A DNA stretch of 63,394 bases, the filler included, from Octopus bimaculoides (Eukaryota): NCBI RefSeq assembly GCF_001194135.2. It is 4 parts of 4 records of this genome, joined end to end, with 100 filler letters (N's around TTAATTAATTAA, not from the genome) between each part and the next. Parts side by side here need not be neighbours in the genome. Positions count along the whole stretch, not along the records: positions 44,378 to 59,692 come from NC_068982.1; positions 59,793 to 63,394 come from NC_068985.1; 2 more parts are not named here. One strand, written 5' to 3'. How positions within the stretch are numbered: position 1 is the stretch's first letter; the number at the start of each line of letters is the position of its first letter. This document shows, piece after piece, positions 51,360 through 63,394 of this stretch. Under the pieces are notes generated by a model. It was not told the DNA's origin. It worked only from the letters and a program-made list of their open reading frames with translations, and did no database searches. Made by a program: the position numbers and the translations under genes.

Positions 51360-51578
51360 AAGGCAGCAAGTTGGCAGGATCATTAGCACACCAGATAAAA
51401 TGTTTAGCAGCATTTCATCCGTCTATATGCTCTGAGTTCAAATTCCGCCGAGGTCAACTTTCCTTTTCATCCTTTTGGGGTCGATAAAATAAGCACCAGT
51501 TAAGAACAGGGGTCGATGTAATCGTCTTACGTTCTCTTCTAAAATTGCGGGCCTTGTGTCAAAAACTTTAAATCAATA
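51360..51578 (+). mobile_element. SINE family A
   Basis: Tandem to the previous copy, same motifs. Confidence 0.85.
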
Positions 51579-51682
51579 TTAATTTACATTTAAATAAATT
51601 TAGTAAATATTTCGACTCCCACCTCCTTACCATAGCTGTGCAATGCCTGTGCCGTACAAAGCAAATCTATATGTGTGTGTAA

Positions 51683-51729
<47 letters not shown>

Positions 51730-51762
51730 CTCTNNNNNNNNNNNNNNNNNNNNNNNNNNNNN

Positions 51763-51819
<57 letters not shown>

Positions 51820-52118
51820 TAACTCACTCACTCATTCGTCATTCACACACATATCTGTGTGTGAATATGTGTGAGTATGTGTGGGTGGCATATATGTATG
51901 TGGAATCAAATAGGAATATACGAGTTAGTATGTGTGGATGCGTATGAGTGTGTCCGCGCGCATACGTATCTGTTCGTCTGTCTATATTTATGCATATGTA
52001 CGCACATAACTGTGTGAAGTTAGAGAGAGGGAGACTTGAGAGGAAAGAAGGGAGGTAGATGGGGAAAAAGAAAGAGAGAGAGAGAGAGAAAGAGAAAGCA
52101 GGATAGAAAGAGAGAAAG

Positions 52119-52195
52119 CGAGAGAGACAAAGCGAGAGAGACAAAGCGAGAGAGACAAAGCGAGAGAGACAAAGCAAGAGAGACAAAGCGAGAGA
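52119..52195. repeat. 14-bp tandem repeat (GAGAGAGACAAAGC)n
   Basis: About five units. Confidence 0.85.
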
Positions 52196-53100
52196 GTGTG
52201 TGTGTGTGTGTGTTGCTGGCAGCAACTCGATTTCAAGTTTCAATTACACATCTTCAGAAAAGCGTGGAAGTCAAAATTTTATTGCTTCTCGCAGAGGAAA
52301 CCTTAGCAACCCTCTCTTTCACTACTTACGTACCTACCTACCTACCTACATACATACATACATACATACATACATGCATACATACATGCATACATACATA
52401 CATACACACACACATGCATGCACGCACGCACGCACACACACACACACACACACACATATACATATNNNNNNNNNNNNNNNNNNNNNNNNNNNNNNNNNNN
52501 NNNNNNNNNNNNNNNNNNNNNNNNNNNNNNNNNNNNNNNNNNNNNNNNNNNNNNNNNNNNNNNNNNNNNNNNNNNNNNNNNNNNNNNNNNNNNNNNNNNN
52601 NNNNNNNNNNNNNNNNNNNNNNNNNNNNNNNNNNNNNNNNNNNNNNNNNNNNNNNNNNNNNNNNNNNNNNNNNNNNNNNNNNNNNNNNNNNNNNNNNNNN
52701 NNNNNNNNNNNNNNNNNNNNNNNNNNNNNNNNNNNNNNNNNNNNNNNNNNNNNNNNNNNNNNNNNNNNNNNNNNNNNNNNNNNNNNNNNNNNNNNNNNNN
52801 NNNNNNNNNNNNNNNNNNNNNNNNNNNNNNNNNNNNNNNNNNNNNNNNNNNNNNNNNNNNNNNNNNNNNNNNNNNNNNNNNNNNNNNNNNNNNNNNNNNN
52901 NNNNNNNNNNNNNNNNNNNNNNNNNNNNNNNNNNNNNNNNNNNNNNNNNNNNNNNNNNNNNNNNNNNNNNNNNNNNNNNNNNNNNNNNNNNNNNNNNNNN
53001 NNNNNNNNNNNNNNNNNNNNNNNNNNNNNNNNNNNNNNNNNNNNNNNNNNNNNNNNNNNNNNNNNNNNNNNNNNNNNNNNNNNNNNNNNNNNNNNNNNNN

Positions 53101-53131
<31 letters not shown>

Positions 53132-53134
<3 letters not shown>

Positions 53135-54001
53135 GGTGCGATGGGTAAATTGTCACCATTTTATATTTTTTAATTTTGTGCATGCGCATTGTTTGTTTTT
53201 GATTTTGTCGACTACACAGTATAGTGGGGTCAGTTGGGTACTGTCTGTGAGAAAAGCAACACCATGACGCAATTCACTCTGCCAGAAATTGGGAAACGAC
53301 ATACTGTACTGCATTCGCGCCAGAAGCTCTAATACGAACATTTCAGAGTGTTTGGGTGTCAATTTGAGGACAGTGTCAACCTGAGGGCAGTACCGAGTGT
53401 GATAAAAACCACACATCCAGTCAACATCATAGTGCTTGGAGTGATCACTAGTGATGGCGACGTTATGCCTCCATTCAACTTCCCACACAGCCTCAGACTC
53501 AATACGAGGCCTACATCAAGTGTCTGGAGGAGGTAGTGATGCCCTGGGTCAAGAGGGTGGCTGCTGGAAGATGCTATGCCTGGCAACATTACTCTACACC
53601 ATGTCACACAAGCAGGAGAACTCAGTCATGGCTGTCAGACAATTTCTGCGACCACATCACTCCTAACATCTGGCCACCTTACTCCCCAGACTGCAACCCC
53701 CTTGATTATTATGTGTGGGGTGCAGTTGAGCGGGAGACCAACAAAACTCCTTGTAACACCAAAAATGAACTGAAGGTAAGGCTTATGGCAGCATTCACCA
53801 ACTTAAACAAGAATTGCAGGAGATTCTAAAGTCATCTGGAGGCCGTGGTTGAAGCCAATGGCAATTTTATTGAATAAATTTACTCTTTAGTATTTCAAGA
53901 TACTTTTATTTAATTTCTGGTAAATATATCTGTTAAAATGAGATGTCAGTGTTATTTTCATTTTTGCTTAATCTAGATTACAGTTTATTCACCGTACTCT
54001 A
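53132..54001 (+). mobile_element. internally deleted maT (DD37D) transposon
   Basis: Left TIR CAGGGTGCGATGGGTAAATTGTC next to (TA)n; degenerate right TIR at 53979-54001; C-terminal WPPYSPDCNPLDYYVWG with 37 residues between the (mutated) second and the third catalytic D. Confidence 0.85.
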
Positions 54002-54494
54002 TTTATATAAACAATTATGCAAGATATGAAGGCTATGTTACTACATAACTTTACTCAGGGTTACGATCGCTTTGGACGGCTAGAAAAACTGTTCATCGCT
54101 ATAAATTGGTTTGTAAGCATAATTAATCAATCAACTAATTGATTAATTAACTAGTTTACCCAAATCAATGTACATAGTGATTAAACAGGTCCTCTTGCCA
54201 TCTGAAACGATCATAACCTTGAATAAAGTTATGTAACAACATCATTTGTTTTGTTTTTTTTCTCGTTATTATTACACTCTGCGATTGATACGCCAACGAA
54301 CTGATTATAAATCCTCGGATTTACAGTTTCTATGGATCACTCAGTGGATTTAACTTACACGGATTCCTCTATTCTCCTTTCCCACTTGATATTCTATAAG
54401 CCAGATCTTTCATATGGAATTCTGACTGTAGTATTCACCTACATTTCTTAAAATTGCCTCCTTTTTATTACCGCGCGCGCGCGCGCGCGCGTAT

Positions 54495-54640
54495 ATGTCG
54501 TATAGGTGCGTGGTCTAGGGTCAGGATAATGGGCTAAAAATCGCAAGATTGTGTGTTCAATTCCCGGACTGGGCGGCGCGTTGTGACCTTCAGTAAAGCA
54601 CTTCATTTCATGTTGCTTCAATCCATCTTACAAACAAATA
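54495..54640 (+). mobile_element. degenerate tRNA-derived SINE
   Basis: GCGTGGTCTAGGG (A-box-like), GTGTTCAATTCCC (B box), TTGTGACCTTCAGTAAAGCACTTCATTTCA. Confidence 0.55.
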
Positions 54641-55524
54641 AGTACCTAGTGTTATTACAGTATAAACGAATCTTCTTATCCTCACTCAATCATTTTTATT
54701 AATCTCTGTTTACATCACAATCATCACCGCTAATATATCGTTGTTCGTTAACAATCAGGAGTAGTACTCACTAAATACAAACGTAAAATGCAGTAGTTTA
54801 CTTAAGCCGGCTCAATGGCCTGTTACTCTGGAGTTATAGGACACTAAATCGGAGTAAATCAAAATTTTTCACTCTACATTTGTATTGAGTACTCCTTCCC
54901 CAGATTATTAACCAACAACGGAGATATATGCGTATTAGCGGTGATGGTAGCGATGCAAACGGCAATTAATAAAAATACTTAGGAGGGGAGATGAGAATAA
55001 TACTTATATTAAAATTATTTATTAATGCTAAGAATAATTGGATTACGCCAAATCCAAAGTAATTGTTTGTTGTAAGAATTCAGTAACAAATAATAGCAGA
55101 GTTAAAGAAAACTGCAAAGATTCGCTGTACCAGCATAAATACTAGCAACATAGTATTTACAAAAATATTATTAACACCCAATACATATTTCAACCAGAGT
55201 ATGTATTATCCATCACTTTCTCTTGTGTTCATAAGAAAACAGACAGTGCTTTTGTAGCATGAACGTTCAGATGTGTTCTTCACAAATAATTGTTGCTCAT
55301 AAAAAGTAGTGAATAAATGTTGGTAGGTCAGAGAATAAAATTCATACTTTTTGGTACGAAACAGACCATGTGTACAATAGAGAGAGAGAGGGGGGGGCGA
55401 ATAGAGAGAGGGGGGGGAGAGAATAGAGAGAGAGAGAATAGAGAGAGAGAGAAGGAGACAGAGAGAGACAGACAGACAGAGGGGATAGAGGAGGAGAGGG
55501 AAGAGGAAAGTGGAGAGAGAGGTT

Positions 55525-55945
55525 ATGCTGGGGCACCGTCTTAAAGGGTTTTTCAGTCGAACAAGTCGACTCCAGGACTTTTTTTAAAGCCTAATACTTC
55601 TTCTATCGGTCTCTTTTTCCGAACCGCATTGTACAGGAATGTAAAAATACCGACACCTGTTGTTAAGAGTTGGTGGGACACACTTTCTTTCAGTGTCCGT
55701 CCACCAAATCTACTCACAAGGCTTTGGTCGGTCTGAGGCTATAGTAGAAGACACATGCCCAAGATGCCACGCAATGGAACCAAACACTGAACCGCATGGT
55801 TGGGAAGCAAGCTTCTTAGTTTGGCACAAGGCCAGCAATTTGGGAAGATAAGTCAATTACATCAACCCCAATACTCATTTTATCGACCCCGAAAGGATGA
55901 AAATCCGAGTTGACCTCGACAGCGTTTGAACTCGGAATAGAAAAC
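55525..55945 (-). mobile_element. adjacent SINE B (55525-55818) and SINE A (55819-55945) fragments
   Basis: Match to 43874-44277 and to family A core motifs. Confidence 0.75.
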
Positions 55946-56050
55946 CAGAAGTATATCGTAAAACAACATCCTTACATACTCACAAGGAAACTCTCTTTCT
56001 CTTTCTCTCTCCTTCTCTCTCTCTCTTTCTCTCTCCTTCTCTCTCCCCCC

Positions 56051-56083
<33 letters not shown>

Positions 56084-57093
56084 GCTCGTTCACTCGAGTG
56101 CAAGGGTGCCATTTTGTTATTTCTTTTTTGCATTTGTATCTCCTTCTTTGTCGAAACATATCTACATAATATAGATATGTTTGTGCAATGTTGTGCTGTC
56201 AGAACGTGTAATACTGTTCACCCTTTCCTTCGAGGCAACATGAAATTAAATTTCTTCCAAAGCATTGAATGAAACATTTATTACTTCCTATTTCGTCTAT
56301 TACCATTTCGCTGTTGATTTTTCAACGATAAAAAGAAAATATTTAAACATCATCACTGTTATTCTTATTGATTGTTTAAAATATGACAAAAATATGAGGG
56401 GTCTTTTGTTTGTTTTTTGTTTACTCAAACACATTAAACTATAACACCTGAATGCTGCTGATGTTTTAGCTACCCCTAAAGTATTCAAGGAAAAATTAGT
56501 TTTCTCATAATCTGAAGGCCGTAGAAGATATAAGAATATGTGACGCTCATGCCTTTCGCGTAGTGAAATAAAATAGTTTAATCAACTAGTAATCTCAAAC
56601 ACATCACTCTTCTTCAGCAAATGAAAATTAAATCTATTTAGACATCAACGAAACTTCATAACAATCATGTAAGTAGTTTTGTAAAAATATATTTTAATAC
56701 TTGTGTTAGTTGGTTGTGTTTGTACATGTATGTGTGTATGCATGCGTGTGTATATGTGTATGTTCATGTGTAACTTAATAGCAATGCGCACCGAAATTTA
56801 GCACCTGTGTAAATATCTTGGCACCCTGTTTCAGTGAAGCAGCTGATATGTTGCCGAGTCCAGCTTGAGTGCAAAAATAATTTTGCTTCTTATAATATAG
56901 TTGTAAGAATGCAACTTGTTTTTTTACTGCTAATCTGACAGTACTAAAATATTAACCATAATTTTTTTCTTGTTTCACATAGGTGGTAATAAATACCAAA
57001 GCGCTTGATATTATCGCGACTTGTTCGCTAATTAAATACCAGTTCTGTGCACCATCTAAGTTAATTTACCATGTAGTCAGGATTCTTAGTTGT

Positions 57094-57153
<60 letters not shown>

Positions 57154-57899
57154 TTTACACTTTACGAAAAAAAATGAACATCTGTGAGTGAGCTTTATAT
57201 AAATATAAACATATGGCAGTATGTCTTGTAATCCGCTGGGTCGTCGAGACACTAACAAAGCCTTCATCTCTGCGTAAAATGTATATTGATTTGAGTGAAG
57301 ATTGCATTCTCACCGAACTCATGTTAATTATACATTATCTCTGAAGCCTACAGAGGTGAACTGCACCTCCCTATTGTACCTATTTAACCCCTGTGCAAAT
57401 ATTTTGGCAACCTACTACACTGAATTTAGCATTTGGGTAATTGTCAGTCAAGTATCATTGCTAGAAACGCAGTATAGCATTAGTGGCAAGTTAGAAATTG
57501 TAAATTTTTGGGGTGGTAGATCCATAAATAACCAAACGAATAAATTTATCATTTTGTGCGTTCTTACTATACTTCTGTCACCTTAAAACTACAGCATTGC
57601 CATTAGATAGATAAGAGGAAAATACTGTTAATTTATTAGGACTTTGCTTCTCATGTATCAGCTGTTTATCAGTATTACTCGTTACAATCTGAAAGGAGTA
57701 GGTGGGTGGATTAGATCAGTTGAAGGGTCTCTGTCGGTCAAGGTTGCAAATGAACCTTCACGCGTAAGTATAGGTCTGGACAAGATTTCTTTTTTTTTTT
57801 TTTTTTGAAGACTGGGAAATATCCAATCATGTAAATCTCCCCTCTCTACGATATGGGAAAGGGCTCCGACTTGAGCCGATACAGCTTGGCACCAGTGTC

Positions 57900-58483
57900 G
57901 GATCTTTTCTGTTTGGCTGCCAGCACTTCAAAAATTTTATCGAAAATTTTAAAATTTGGTACATTAATGTAGTTTTCCAAGCTGAATTGTTGGACTTATT
58001 TCACTTTTTCTAGAAAAATGTTTTTGAAAAGTTATAAAGGTTTAAAGTTCGATCATTTTCACCTAGTCAGGAATCAGGATTTGAAAGCAAGCTGTCATCT
58101 TGTGCGTGACTACACATTTTGTCGTCAGCATCCTAAAAATAGCACGTGTTGTCAGTATTTGTATTCTACACGCGAAAAACGAGTAAACAACACCTCTTTT
58201 GAAGTTTGAAGCTTTCAATATGCATTTGAAGCGATAGCACAAACTTAAAAGATTTATTCAAAAATGTTATTTAGCTGTTATTTTCAGCACACTTCACAAC
58301 CACCTCAAAGACAAAAAAAAAAGAAAGAGCAAACAACACGTCTTTTGTAGCTTTAAGCATTCAATATGCATACAGAGGCCCATGTACTCGTGGCATTCAT
58401 TAGCCTATAAAAGTGTATCATTACACTGAATATGAAATCAATTTGAACAGAAATTGACGCTGGCAGCCAAACAGAAAAGATCC
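57900..58483. mobile_element. 584-bp MITE, 25-bp perfect TIRs, 8-bp TSD
   Basis: GGATCTTTTCTGTTTGGCTGCCAGC / GCTGGCAGCCAAACAGAAAAGATCC; CCAGTGTC at 57892-57899 and 58484-58491. Confidence 0.93.
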
Positions 58484-58577
58484 CCAGTGTCGTTACTGGT
58501 GTTGCTGTCATAATGCAAAGAAAGAACCAGAACAGATACTGTGAGATATCCTGCTTGACTCTTTAACAGTTTCATCA

Positions 58578-58722
58578 GTCTGTCGCCTTGGGCTGGTACT
58601 TTTTTATTGATTCCCAAAGCATGAAAAGCAAATTAACTTAGCGAGATTTGAACTCACAGGTAGAAAGTCGGAATACCCGAGATATTCTATCCAATGTTCT
58701 GACAAATCTGTCGCGTCACCAC
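58578..58722 (-). mobile_element. degenerate SINE family A
   Basis: CTGGTACTT..TTTATTGA..CCCAAAG.ATGAAAAGCAAA...GATTTGAACTCA. Confidence 0.55.
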
Positions 58723-58859
58723 CTTCTATGAGTCGAGGAGTGCTAGCGCTGCCGAGAAATGATTCAAATAAGGATCATATTTATAATTTTCACTCAATAA
58801 CTTAATTAACTATATATTCAAGATTTTGGTTAAGATGTAAGCTAAGAGGGAGGCGTTTG

Positions 58860-59300
58860 TCGTTGATGGTCTAACTGTTGGTGCGCAAACATGCGACATC
58901 CCGAATAGATCTATCCACCACAACCTCTATCTCATGTTATACATCAGAAGGTAGGAGGATAATGAACCTGAACAATTTAGATCAGTCGAAAACCTTTGAT
59001 CGGGTCGACCTCCAATTCTTGGCAGCTGTTCTTAAAGCGAGTGGTTTCGGTCCTGTTTTCTGCGGTTGGAATACTGCAATGTCCAGTGACATCTGCTCGG
59101 TGGTTAAAGTGAACGGTCACATCAGAACCATTCAGTATCATGTTTTCAGTCCGTCAATGTTGCCCCCTTTCGTTTTTTTCCTATTTACAGAAACTGGAGA
59201 CGCTGAGAAGTATTTTGTATAAAGTAGAATATGGAAGAACCGTGGACGATGTCTCAGTCATAGCATGACACCAGGCACATCGAGGTGATCGGTACTTGTT
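58860..59300 (+). pseudogene. L1/Tx1-clade RT fragment
   Basis: NLDQSKTFDRVD..FLAAVLKASGFGPVF.GW, VKVNGH, frameshifted SVRQCCPLS and DDVSVI. Confidence 0.8.
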
Positions 59301-59692
59301 ATATGGCCTGTTAGATATGTAATTCGTCTGACGTTCCGTGTGTCACTGTGATTCGTCTGAGTTCATTGTTTCATTGTTGTTGTCTTGTGTGACTGTCGTA
59401 GTAAAATGTCATTGATATATATGGCGGACATGACTTTTGTTTATTCATAACGAACATTGGGTGAGTGCGTTCTTTGTATGTAATTGAATAATAAATGTAA
59501 TAATTAAATTGTACAACTCGTTGTGTTATCTCTACGAGTCTTCCGAGGGAAATACAACAGAGTTTATTGGCGTCGCCGATAGGATCGATAGGGCCGATAG
59601 GATACATGCTTACTTTACCGTAAAATTATTCATCGTAATAACAATGGCTGAAAAACAGACAGTAGAACTTATTAAATTGTTTAGGGAACAAA

Positions 59693-59792
59693 NNNNNNNN
59701 NNNNNNNNNNNNNNNNNNNNNNNNNNNNNNNNNNNNTTAATTAATTAANNNNNNNNNNNNNNNNNNNNNNNNNNNNNNNNNNNNNNNNNNNN
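59693..59792. other. artificial scaffold spacer
   Basis: N44-TTAATTAATTAA-N44. Confidence 0.9.
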
Positions 59793-59906
59793 TCTCTCTC
59801 TCTCTCCCCTTTCTCTCTCTCTCTCCCCTTTCTCTCTCTCTCTCCCCTTTCTACCCCCCTCTCTATATATATAGTTATATATATGAGTGCATCTATGTAC
59901 CTCCGA

Positions 59907-59954
<48 letters not shown>

Positions 59955-60330
59955 GTCTGTCTGTCTCTCTGTCTGTCTGTCTGTCTGTGCGTCGATCCAT
60001 CTATCATTCTAGGAAGACATAAATCATATGTAAGATATAAGTATGTAGTGCGGAGGCTTTAGTTATTGAGAGTAGAGAACACGAAGAAGGAGATTTAAAC
60101 CGATTGAACTGTTTGTAAAATCTCTCTGAATCTGGTAAAACATTTTGAACCATAAACGTCAAGAATATGCAACCAGCATTGAATGCAAATAACCATTACT
60201 GTAAACACGGCCTCCGTTTTCCAGAAGTACGGTAACGTTTATATGCATCCACTTCCGGTTGCATATTCGTGACTTTTTTCACATTTTGGATCTCATCTGT
60301 TCTTTGTGTGTGTGTGTGAGTAAAGTAAAG

Positions 60331-60436
60331 TGAAGTAAAGTGTCTTGCTCAAGGATACAACACGTCGCTGGGAATTGAACTCACGACCTTACAATCGTGA
60401 GTCGAATGCCCTAACCACTAAGCCAAGCGCCTTCAC
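60331..60436 (-). mobile_element. tRNA-derived SINE head with TTGTATCCTTGAGCAAGACACTTTAC (Meta-domain-like) start
   Basis: Minus strand GGCGCTTGGCTTAGTGGTTAGG (A box), GAGTTCAATTCCC (B box); no acceptor stem or CCA. Confidence 0.7.
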
Positions 60437-60904
60437 ACAATTTATTAAAATTGCGAAGTAATAACCAACACATCTCAACTAAGCCGTTAAGAATTTAACT
60501 AAACGCTGAAACCAAGATACGGAAGCCATAATTTCAAATGTTCATAAAATTTAAATTTCATACGAAATTTCTTTGCCAGATTCGCTCTGATTCCTAACAT
60601 TTAGATATGATCCAAGACGCTTTTCTGGCTTCGTCTGCTAACCGCTTCTTGCAACACGTATTTCATTTTCTAATTACTTAAAAAAATTTTATACTTCAAA
60701 CAAAACGAAAATACTGTATATTCTATAGAGGTCGATTGTTTGCCGAATCTCAATAATTAAGTACGCCCATACCGACGGATGTATGATTTAGTTTAATTAT
60801 TTTAAAATTTCTCTCCATTAGAGAAATAGCCAGTTTCTTTCACAGAGACACGGATCTTGCAACTGGAATTTAGACATCAACAGAGTAATCATTTCTGTAT
60901 GCTT

Positions 60905-61222
60905 CTATGTATGTATATGTATATATGTATGTATGTATGCATGTATGTATGTATGTATGTATGTATGTATGTATGTATGTAGGTAGGTAGGTCGGTAGGT
61001 ACGTATGTATGTATGTATGTATGTGTGTGTGTATGTGTGTATGTATGTATGTATGTATGTATGTATGTATGTATGTCATTATTCAGTTTATTTCAAGATT
61101 TCTTGCCAATAGAGAAAGAGTTGGTTTCTAACCTAGATCCAAGGCTCCTTCATTGGAATTTCAACATCAACAACAGGGTATTTTTGTATGTATGTATGTA
61201 TGTATGTATTCTCATGCATATA
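60905..61222 (-). repeat. (TATG)n tract plus second copy of the putative LINE 3' UTR (61076-61222)
   Basis: Near-identical to 14605-14890. Confidence 0.8.
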
Positions 61223-61360
61223 ACTCCAAGAGTTTTGTAGTTAAGGTTTCTTCTATAACTACAGCTAGAAAGAATTTGTTTACCTATTGAACTGTTGTCT
61301 TAGTTCTGTTCCTCGATTGTTTTGTTGATTTTTGGTAAATAGTGTTCCACGTCAAATCCG

Positions 61361-61417
61361 CGACTGAACCCGGAACCATGTGGTTGAGAAGCAAGCTTCT
61401 CACCACACAGCCACTCC

Positions 61418-61418
<1 letters not shown>
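61361..61418 (-). mobile_element. SINE B head fragment
   Basis: Matches 44213-44270. Confidence 0.75.
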
Positions 61419-61449
<31 letters not shown>

Positions 61450-61557
61450 TGTATGTATGTATGTATGCAAGAAATAGAAAATGTATGTATATATATATAG
61501 AATATATATATAAATTATATATATATGTATATGTATATATATAAATTATATATGTAT

Positions 61558-61591
<34 letters not shown>

Positions 61592-62042
61592 NNNNNNNNN
61601 NNNNNNNNNNNNNNNNNNNNNNNNNNNNNNNNNNNNNNNNNNNNNNNNNNNNNNNNNNNNNNNNNNNNNNNNNNNNNNNNNNNNNNNNNNNNNNNNNNNN
61701 NNNNNNNNNNNNNNNNNNNNNNNNNNNNNNNNNNNNNNNNNNNNNNNNNNNNNNNNNNNNNNNNNNNNNNNNNNNNNNNNNNNNNNNNNNNNNNNNNNNN
61801 NNNNNNNNNNNNNNNNNNNNNNNNNNNNNNNNNNNNNNNNNNNNNNNNNNNNNNNNNNNNNNNNNNNNNNNNNNNNNNNNNNNNNNNNNNNNNNNNNNNN
61901 NNNNNNNNNNNNNNNNNNNNNNNNNNNNNNNNNNNTATATATACATACATATATATATGAAATAGAAAATTACTATTTGTAAATCTCTCAACTAGAGACA
62001 TTCAGTAACAGCACTCCAGAGTAAAGATTATTTGCCAACATA

Positions 62043-62400
62043 ACGTCTTCCCAACCACATGGTTCAGAGTTCAATCCTATTGCGTGGCACCTTGGGCATG
62101 TGTCTTCTATTGTAGCCTTAGGCCGATCAAAGTGTTGTGAGTGGATTTGATAGACGGAAACTGAAAGAAGCCCGCCACTCTCAAACACACACATACGCAC
62201 GCACCCCCCCACACACCCACACACATACGTGTGTTTGTGTGTGTGTGTGTGTGTGTGCGTGTGTGTGTGTGTGTGTGTGAGTGTGTGTTTGTCTTTGTGC
62301 ATGTGTTTTTGTCCACATCACCGCTTAACAACCGGCTTTGGTGTTGTTACGTCCATGTAATACAGTACGCGCCAACGTGTGTTTTTGTGTTTGTGCATCA
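62043..62400 (+). mobile_element. SINE family B
   Basis: CCAACCACATGGTTC..GTTCAATCC..GCGTGGCACCTTGGGC..GACGGAAACTGAAAGAAGCCCG. Confidence 0.8.
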
Positions 62401-63139
62401 GTATATTCAATTAGTTTCTCTGATGCGACTGGGAGATGCATTCCAACCCTTTCTGTATGTCGTCCCGCGTGATAATTCGTCAGAATTCACTTTTCCTCAT
62501 TCACCTTACTTGAACTAATTCAATTTTGCGAAAATTTATTAACATATCATTTTTGCCTCACGCAATTCGTCATCAGTCGTCGGACTCTGGTTCCTCATCT
62601 TCTACACACACACACACACACACACGAATATTACATGCACACACACACACATACACAAACACACACACACACACACGAATATTACATGCACACTCACACA
62701 CACAAGTAATTAGTACTCTTTCATTATATATTGCTAGGTTTCATTAAACACCAGTCGTATGAAATTTCAGTACCCCCCCACTAGTGTATGTGAAGCACTT
62801 CCATTACATTTTATATGAAATGTCGATGTACTAAATAGGGCAAGGTCATTTAGTTTATACTTCAAGCTATGCGTGTGTGTGTATATGTGTGTGTATGTGA
62901 TCGTGTGTGCGTGTGTGTTGTGTAGGATGTGTGTATGGCCATATGATTAAGATTTCAACTGAAGAATCGCGTGATCCAGGAATCGATTCCACTGCACGAC
63001 CTTTTGGGCAACAATCCTCTGATATAATCTCGTGAGTCAAACTTGTTTAAAGGTGTTCCTAACATGTTTCTTTTCCTAGTTCAGGGATTACATTGTACAT
63101 TGTGCTCTTCTGGCTTTTCAAAATGTGAGGGTTTTATTT

Positions 63140-63280
63140 CCGTAACTTAGCGGTTCGGCAAAACAGACCGATAGAATAAGTACCAGGCTTACAAAGAATA
63201 TTTGTTGGGGTCGATTTACTCGACTAAAGGCGGTGCTTCAGCATGGCCGCAGTCAAATGACTGAAACAAGTAAGTAAAGA

Positions 63281-63281
<1 letters not shown>
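63140..63281 (+). mobile_element. SINE family B 3' half
   Basis: CGTAACTTAGCGGTTCGGCAAAA..GACCGATAGAATAAGTAC...GCATGGCCGCAGTCAAATGACTGAAAC. Confidence 0.85.
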
Positions 63282-63320
<39 letters not shown>

Positions 63321-63394
63321 TTGTTGTACTTGGGGATGGTCATATTGCCAGTTTAGCCAATAAAAACACACGCACTGTATATTTGGTGTTAATT

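Noticed and set aside
60331-60436. tRNA-like sequences here and at 44200-44277, 51131-51210 and 54500-54570
   Set aside because: A/B boxes are present, but there is no closed cloverleaf and each runs into a SINE body; these are SINE heads, not tRNA genes.

Overview
This is a repeat-dense, AT-rich eukaryotic window with many N gaps. It is most likely coleoid cephalopod (Octopus-like) DNA, inferred from the SINE families and the extreme microsatellite load. No intact host gene can be supported. Most recognisable sequence is decayed and often nested transposon DNA: Ty3/Gypsy gag-protease; a Penelope-like RT split by a Tc1; mariner and maT derivatives; two RTE LINEs; a head-to-tail stack of R4/Dong-like LINEs on (TAA)n; other RLE-type and Tx1-like fragments; a MITE with an 8-bp TSD; and about 20 tRNA-derived SINE copies. 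Three identical 100-nt N44-TTAATTAATTAA-N44 spacers are artificial scaffold joins, so adjacency across 26.8, 44.3 and 59.7 kb is unverified. Two signals stand out. The first is a type I hammerhead ribozyme motif (43594-43638) with a palindromic helix III at the tip of a highly structured ~340-nt unit (retrozyme/Penelope-like), with a second degenerate hammerhead at 46050-46097. The second is a ~2.5-kb decayed, apparently intronless ORF of unknown family (47840-50430) whose in-frame stops are mostly TGA. All calls were made by eye; no database searches or folding programs were run.
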